From Bdellovibrionia bacterium (lineage in GTDB: Bacteria > Bdellovibrionota > UBA1018): DNA of 11,401 nt. The position numbers and the translations under genes are program-made. Where the stretch lies: the NCBI GenBank assembly GCA_045805065.1, contig JBJMMA010000118.1, positions 1 through 11,401 on the forward strand. The letters run 5' to 3'. The notes under the pieces were generated by a model. It saw only the letters and a program-made list of their open reading frames with translations, did no database searches and was not told where the DNA came from. Position 1 is the first letter of the stretch. The number at the start of each line of letters is the position of its first letter. Shown here piece after piece: positions 7,157-11,401 of the stretch.

Positions 7157-7537
7157 ATGAAACCCGCAATCTTCCGAGCAATGATCCTGGTCATCATGGC
7201 GCACCCATGTGTCGCCTCACCCAAAACAGCCGTAACTCAGATTAAAATCGAGACTCGATCAATCAAGGACAAGCTTTGCGGAGAAATGGATCGATTCGAC
7301 TCCAAACACGTTCGCGAATTCTTTGAAAAAGCAAAAGCCATTTCAAGCGCTGAACTTCACGATTTTGAGCAACTCGACTGTCATGTGAAAGGCTCACTCA
7401 AACGAGGCAAATCCGAATTTAACTTCGACATTCAACCTATTGGATTAGGTTCGCTCACGGATAAGAAGTCAGGCAAGGTTCAATGGTTTGGATGCAAGAG
7501 CTGCGACAACCTCTTTCCGCCTCAAGCTGACAAATAG
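7157..7537 (+). CDS. Hypothetical secreted protein, 126 aa, with four Cys in the predicted mature region (C...C...CxxC)
   Basis: ATG 7157 gives a signal-peptide-like N-terminus (MKPAIFRAMILVIMAHPCVA). The frame is open to TAG at 7535-7537 and fills the gap between neighbours. The ORF-track TTG at 7103 is a less likely start. Confidence 0.7.
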   Translation: MKPAIFRAMILVIMAHPCVASPKTAVTQIKIETRSIKDKLCGEMDRFDSKHVREFFEKAKAISSAELHDFEQLDCHVKGSLKRGKSEFNFDIQPIGLGSLTDKKSGKVQWFGCKSCDNLFPPQADK

Positions 7538-7640
7538 CCGTCGAGCCTGCGATTATCGTTGACCCGAATCAATCCTCTGTACTGAACAAGATTCGCGCTC
7601 TTTTCAGATAGTTTCGATTTGGCCTTAGGATATTTATTAA

Positions 7641-8105
7641 TCAAGCGCCAAGCTGGCGAATCGCTTCGTACACAGCAATGCTTGCAGCATTAGCAAGATT
7701 GAGCGAGCGAACGCGAGCATCATACATCGGAATGCGAGTCGTATCCGTTGGATAACGATTGATCACCCAATCCGGAAGTCCCATCGTTTCTTTTCCAAAG
7801 ATCAGATAAGTGCCAGGCACAAACTTATGCTCAAAAAGCGTGTGTCCTGCTTTTTTAGAGAAGAAAACTTTCGGCGCATCTTTAGGGAGCGAATCCAAGA
7901 ACTGCTCAAGCCCAGGATGAACGACGACTTTCAAATGCTCCCAGTAATCGAGACCAGCGCGCTTGAGGCGTGAGTGAGTGATTTCAAAGCCCAGTGGCTC
8001 AACAAGATGCAGAGTCGCGCCTGTTGCAAGGCAAAGACGACCAATCGATCCGGTGTTTTGCGGAATCTCTGGCTCAACAAGAACTATATTCAAATCATGG
8101 GGCAT
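7641..8105 (-). CDS. trmL: tRNA (cytidine/uridine(34)-2'-O)-methyltransferase, SpoU family
   Basis: LNIVLVEPEIPQNTGSIGRLC, LHLVEPLGF, LKRAGLDYW, FGKET.GLP and RIPM....RSLNLAN; 154 aa single SPOUT domain. Confidence 0.95.
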   Translation of the reverse strand: MPHDLNIVLVEPEIPQNTGSIGRLCLATGATLHLVEPLGFEITHSRLKRAGLDYWEHLKVVVHPGLEQFLDSLPKDAPKVFFSKKAGHTLFEHKFVPGTYLIFGKETMGLPDWVINRYPTDTTRIPMYDARVRSLNLANAASIAVYEAIRQLGA

Positions 8106-8119
8106 ATAAAAAACTTCTA

Positions 8120-8163
8120 CTTAAACTCAAAGGGCCCCGCAGTTTCTAAGGTGCGAGGCCCTT
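8120..8163 (-). terminator. Probable intrinsic terminator downstream of asnS
   Basis: Minus-strand RNA AAGGGCCUCGCA-(10-nt loop)-UGCGGGGCCCUU running into UGAGUUU. The single irregular pair is a U-G wobble only on the minus strand, which supports the orientation. The U-tract is interrupted. Confidence 0.65.
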
Positions 8164-8208
8164 CTAAGATTTTGTGACGCAGATCTCAACCCAAAGGTCG
8201 GGACGACC

Positions 8209-9531
8209 TTAAGGGCGGAGAGTGTTCAGCATACGTGGGAACGGAATCGTCTCACGTACGTGCTCAACTCCGGTCATCCAGGCCACAGTGCGCTCAACAC
8301 CCAAGCCGAAGCCTGAGTGAGGGACGCTGCCGAAGCGGCGAAGATCCATGTACCAGGAGTAATCCGCTTCAGAGAGGCCTTCTTCAGCGATGCGGCGCTT
8401 GAGAACATCGACGTTCTCTTCGCGCTGACCACCACCGATGATTTCGCCGTAGCCATCGGGAGCGATCAAGTCGCAACCGAGAGCATACTTGCCGTGACCT
8501 TCGACTCCAGGGCCACCGACCGTGTCGGATTGCTTGAAGTAGAACGCCTTGATCTGAGATGGCATGTGATGGACGAAAACAGGCTTACCGAATTCTTTGC
8601 CCAGTTCCGTTTCATGAGGCGCACCGAAGTCTTCGCCCCATGGGATCGCTACACCGCGCTTTTCAAGAATCTTGAGCGCTTCATCATAAGAGATGCGAGG
8701 GAATGGGCCCTTAATCGACTCAAGCTTCGTGAGATCGCGCTCAAGAATCTTCAACTCTGGAGCACGATTTGCCAAAACAGTTTGAACAATATGCTCGATG
8801 AACTTCTCACCGAGTTCCATATTGTCTTCGAGATCAGCAAAGGCCACTTCTGGCTCAACCATCCAGAACTCGGTCAAATGCTTACGAGTCTTGGATTTCT
8901 CTGCGCGGAAAGTTGGACCAAAGACATAGATCTTGCCGAAAGCCATCGCACCGACTTCGCCGTAGAGCTGGCCGGATTGCGTGAGGAACGCTTTCTCGTC
9001 AAAGTAGTTGGTTCCGAAGAGCGTTGAAGTTCCCTCGCACGCGCTTGGCGTGAGAATCGGAGCATCAAAACGAATGAAACCCTGCTTGTCGAAAAACTCA
9101 TTGATCGCGCGGAAAATTTCCGAGCGAACACGAAGCGCTGCCCATTGACGTTGGCTTCTGACCCAAAGGTGGCGATTTTCCATGAGGAACTCAACGCCAT
9201 GATCTTTTGGTGTGATCGGATACGGCTCAGCGATCTGAACTGCCTTGATCGACTGAATACCCATTTCAAAGCCCCCCGGCTGGCGAGGAGCAGAGCGAAT
9301 CACGCCGGTGACTTCAACCGAAGACTCTTGCGTGAGCTTCTCAAAAGTATCGAATGCTTCTTCCGCACACTCACCTTTGAATAGAACTCCCTGCATGATG
9401 CCGGTGCCGTCACGCAGGATCAAAAACTTGATCTTGCCCGAGCTGCGCTTATTGTAAACCCAGCCGCGGATCGTGACGACCTTGCCGTCGTGCTTTGAAG
9501 CGTCTTCGATATAAAATCTGTCTTTAGTCAT
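8209..9531 (-). CDS. asnS: Asparagine--tRNA ligase
   Basis: OB-fold anticodon domain ([22 protein letters not shown]), [15 protein letters not shown], motif 2 [31 protein letters not shown] and motif 3 [18 protein letters not shown] upstream. Confidence 0.97.
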   Translation of the reverse strand: MTKDRFYIEDASKHDGKVVTIRGWVYNKRSSGKIKFLILRDGTGIMQGVLFKGECAEEAFDTFEKLTQESSVEVTGVIRSAPRQPGGFEMGIQSIKAVQIAEPYPITPKDHGVEFLMENRHLWVRSQRQWAALRVRSEIFRAINEFFDKQGFIRFDAPILTPSACEGTSTLFGTNYFDEKAFLTQSGQLYGEVGAMAFGKIYVFGPTFRAEKSKTRKHLTEFWMVEPEVAFADLEDNMELGEKFIEHIVQTVLANRAPELKILERDLTKLESIKGPFPRISYDEALKILEKRGVAIPWGEDFGAPHETELGKEFGKPVFVHHMPSQIKAFYFKQSDTVGGPGVEGHGKYALGCDLIAPDGYGEIIGGGQREENVDVLKRRIAEEGLSEADYSWYMDLRRFGSVPHSGFGLGVERTVAWMTGVEHVRETIPFPRMLNTLRP

Positions 9532-9583
9532 ATTACTCCCGCCCGGATAGGGCCGAAGCCCAACCCAAAATCAAAAGAAAGCA

Positions 9584-11188
9584 TCAATAATCCATAGCAA
9601 ATTGAGCCAAAGTGCGAACATGCATCCCACTAGCGCCACGCTTAGGATAATAGTTCACATGTCCCATATCGTAAGCCGTAGCTGCGATATCCATATGAGC
9701 CCAGCTCACACCCTTGCGGATGAATTGCTTTAAGAAAATCCCCCCGCGGATCGTTCCACCCGCTGGATGATTAGCTGAATTCTTAATATCAGCATAATCC
9801 GACTTTAGATCTTCGAGGTACTCATCAAACAAAGGCAACTGCCACATGCGCTCGCCATTGGCTTCGCCCGTGCGACGAAGAGCATCCATGAGGCCATCAT
9901 CGTTACCCATAAGGCCGCAGCAATGCTTTCCAAGTGCCACGACCACTGCGCCCGTCAGAGTTGCGACGTTGATGACTGCGTCTGGCTTCATGTCTTGAGC
10001 GTAGTCGAGAACGTCTGCCAAAATGAGGCGGCCTTCAGCGTCGGTGTTGATCACTTCAACCGTCTTGCCGGCGCGCGTGTTGATCACGTTGCCTGGCTGG
10101 ATCGCGTTGCCATCTGGCATGTTCTCAACAAATGCCATGACACCGATCACGCGGTTTGGAGCTTTCCACTGAGCCGCAAGCATCACAGCGCCCATGACGG
10201 TCGCTGCACCGGTCATGTCATGCTTCATGTCTTCCATCTTCATGGAAGGCTTGATCGAAATACCGCCCGAGTCAAAGGTCACGCCCTTGCCGACATAAGC
10301 GATGGTTTTAGGATTTTTCACGCCACGAGGATTGTACTCAATAACAACCACACGGCTTTCGCGCTCAGCGCCCTGGCCGACAGCCAAGAGAAGTTCCATT
10401 CCTTCGCGCTTACAGTCGCGCTCATTGAGAACGCGAACGGTGAGACCGTATTCGCGGCCCAGACGGCGTGCTTCGTTTGCGTAGAATTCTGGAGTCCCAA
10501 TGTTGGATGGCTCATTGGACCAATCACGAGTGACGGTGACAGATTGGCCAATTGCTTCGATCTGAGCGATCTCGTTATCGAGCTGAGTCTTTGTCGACTT
10601 GTCGCGAGTCAAAAGAATGATCTTTGCTGGACCAGTGTAAGTCTCCGTCGCAGTACCTTTTTGGGGCTTGGCTTTGTGCTTATCAAAGCGATAAGCGCTC
10701 AGGATGAGGCCTTCACAGAATGCGCGAACGAGGCGCTGCTGCGAAATTTCAGCCTTGAGGCCGCGGACTTCGAGAATTGTGTCGACGTGGATTGCTACCG
10801 TCTTCACCTTCTCAGCGCTGAGCTTTGCATAAACGCTTGCGCCAGCCTGGCGAACTTTTTCTTCGGTCACTTCCGTCGCGATTCCCATCCCGACAAAAGC
10901 CACGCTCTCGGCAAAATCTGCACCGCCGAAGCGGACGAACTGAACAGCGCCTGCACGACCGTTGAAAGCTTCGGTCTTGCGGAACTTTTGAATCAGCTCG
11001 GAATATGAGCCCGATGGAGAAACCGGTTTGTTTCCAGAATCCTGGAAAACGGCCAGGACATCAGCGTCCACGGCCGAATTGATCGAAGTACGAGCTTCGA
11101 AAGAAGGAAGAAACGAAGGTACGGCCGAAGCGCGCTTAGAAGCGACAGCTTTCGAGCCCTTTGGGGAGCGAGTGCTAGGCTTTGACAT
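9584..11188 (-). CDS. pepA: Leucyl aminopeptidase (peptidase family M17)
   Basis: VGKGVTFDSGG.SIK, MKHDM.GAA, the signature NTDAEGRL.LAD, ATLTGA and WAHMDIA. SD GAGG upstream of ATG 11188. Confidence 0.95.
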   Translation of the reverse strand: MSKPSTRSPKGSKAVASKRASAVPSFLPSFEARTSINSAVDADVLAVFQDSGNKPVSPSGSYSELIQKFRKTEAFNGRAGAVQFVRFGGADFAESVAFVGMGIATEVTEEKVRQAGASVYAKLSAEKVKTVAIHVDTILEVRGLKAEISQQRLVRAFCEGLILSAYRFDKHKAKPQKGTATETYTGPAKIILLTRDKSTKTQLDNEIAQIEAIGQSVTVTRDWSNEPSNIGTPEFYANEARRLGREYGLTVRVLNERDCKREGMELLLAVGQGAERESRVVVIEYNPRGVKNPKTIAYVGKGVTFDSGGISIKPSMKMEDMKHDMTGAATVMGAVMLAAQWKAPNRVIGVMAFVENMPDGNAIQPGNVINTRAGKTVEVINTDAEGRLILADVLDYAQDMKPDAVINVATLTGAVVVALGKHCCGLMGNDDGLMDALRRTGEANGERMWQLPLFDEYLEDLKSDYADIKNSANHPAGGTIRGGIFLKQFIRKGVSWAHMDIAATAYDMGHVNYYPKRGASGMHVRTLAQFAMDY

Positions 11189-11238
11189 TGAATTTTACCT
11201 CTCAAACTCATTAACATATAGGACACACTAGGCCAATC

Positions 11239-11401
11239 ATGTTGAAACGTTATCACCAGATCATCGGCGGCATTTTTCGAATTGTGGACGCCTGCGTCAT
11301 AGGCGTGTCCTGGATCGCATCCTATTGGTTGCGGTTTTACCTGCCATTGATTGAGGTCACCAAGGGGCTACCTGCGTTTTCGAAATACGCAGCTCTGACC
11401 C
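11239..11401 (+). CDS. Partial CDS (5' end); probable undecaprenyl-phosphate sugar phosphotransferase (WcaJ/WbaP-like) N-terminal membrane region
   Basis: Not in the ORF track. ATG 11239 reads MLKRYHQIIGGIFRIVDACVIGVSWIASYWLRFYLPLIEVTKGLPAFSKYAALT..., open to the edge. The D-(hydrophobic helix)-A.Y.LRF pattern is typical of the first TM helix of this family. The catalytic domain lies outside the window. Confidence 0.65.
   Translation, partial: MLKRYHQIIGGIFRIVDACVIGVSWIASYWLRFYLPLIEVTKGLPAFSKYAALT

Noticed and set aside
7492..7506. CKSC as a possible c-type heme-binding motif
   Set aside because: The next residue is Asp, not His, so it is not CxxCH.
8317..9027. 236-aa + strand ORF antisense to asnS
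   Set aside because: Same antisense-shadow effect; fully contained in asnS with no protein-like motifs.
9923..11008. 361-aa + strand ORF antisense to pepA
   Set aside because: It lies in the codon-aligned antisense frame of a conserved gene with biased codon usage, has His/Cys/Asp-rich shadow composition and no recognisable motif.
11182..11210. Perfect TTGACA overlapping the pepA start codon, pointing at the WcaJ-like gene
   Set aside because: No acceptable -10 hexamer at 16-18 nt spacing. The hexamer is explained by the pepA ATG-TCA-A coding sequence.
1..11401. Defence system, mobile element, CRISPR array, or tRNA/rRNA
   Set aside because: No integrase, transposase, nuclease or cyclase genes, repeat-spacer arrays or cloverleaf-like sequences were seen. 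Intergenic gaps are all under about 120 nt. The cNMP protein has no adjacent cyclase or TIR/TM effector, so a Pycsar/CBASS call is unsupported.

Overview
An 11.4 kb gene-dense bacterial chromosomal window of mostly housekeeping and metabolic genes. From left to right: the 5' end of a probable secreted protein (-, truncated), a DipZ-like thioredoxin-fold protein without CxxC (-), and a DHA2-type MFS transporter (-). A divergent operon follows with split transketolase N and C subunits, an MDR/zinc-binding dehydrogenase and a YdjM-like membrane metal-dependent hydrolase (+). Next are a convergently overlapping DUF962/Mpo1-like gene (-), a stand-alone cyclic-nucleotide-binding protein (+), a small Cys-rich secreted hypothetical protein (+), trmL, asnS and an M17 leucyl aminopeptidase (all -), and the start of a probable WcaJ-like sugar phosphotransferase (+, truncated). 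The gene mix is compatible with a Bdellovibrionota/Deltaproteobacteria-like organism, but that is a weak inference. I found no mobile element, CRISPR array, RNA gene or recognisable defence system, and no clear-cut novel multi-gene system. The best leads are the catalytically degenerate DipZ-like protein, the HTH-less cNMP sensor, the four-Cys secreted orphan, the 86-nt convergent overlap and a recurring leaderless-mRNA-like promoter layout. All family calls come from recognising motifs by eye, not from database searches.
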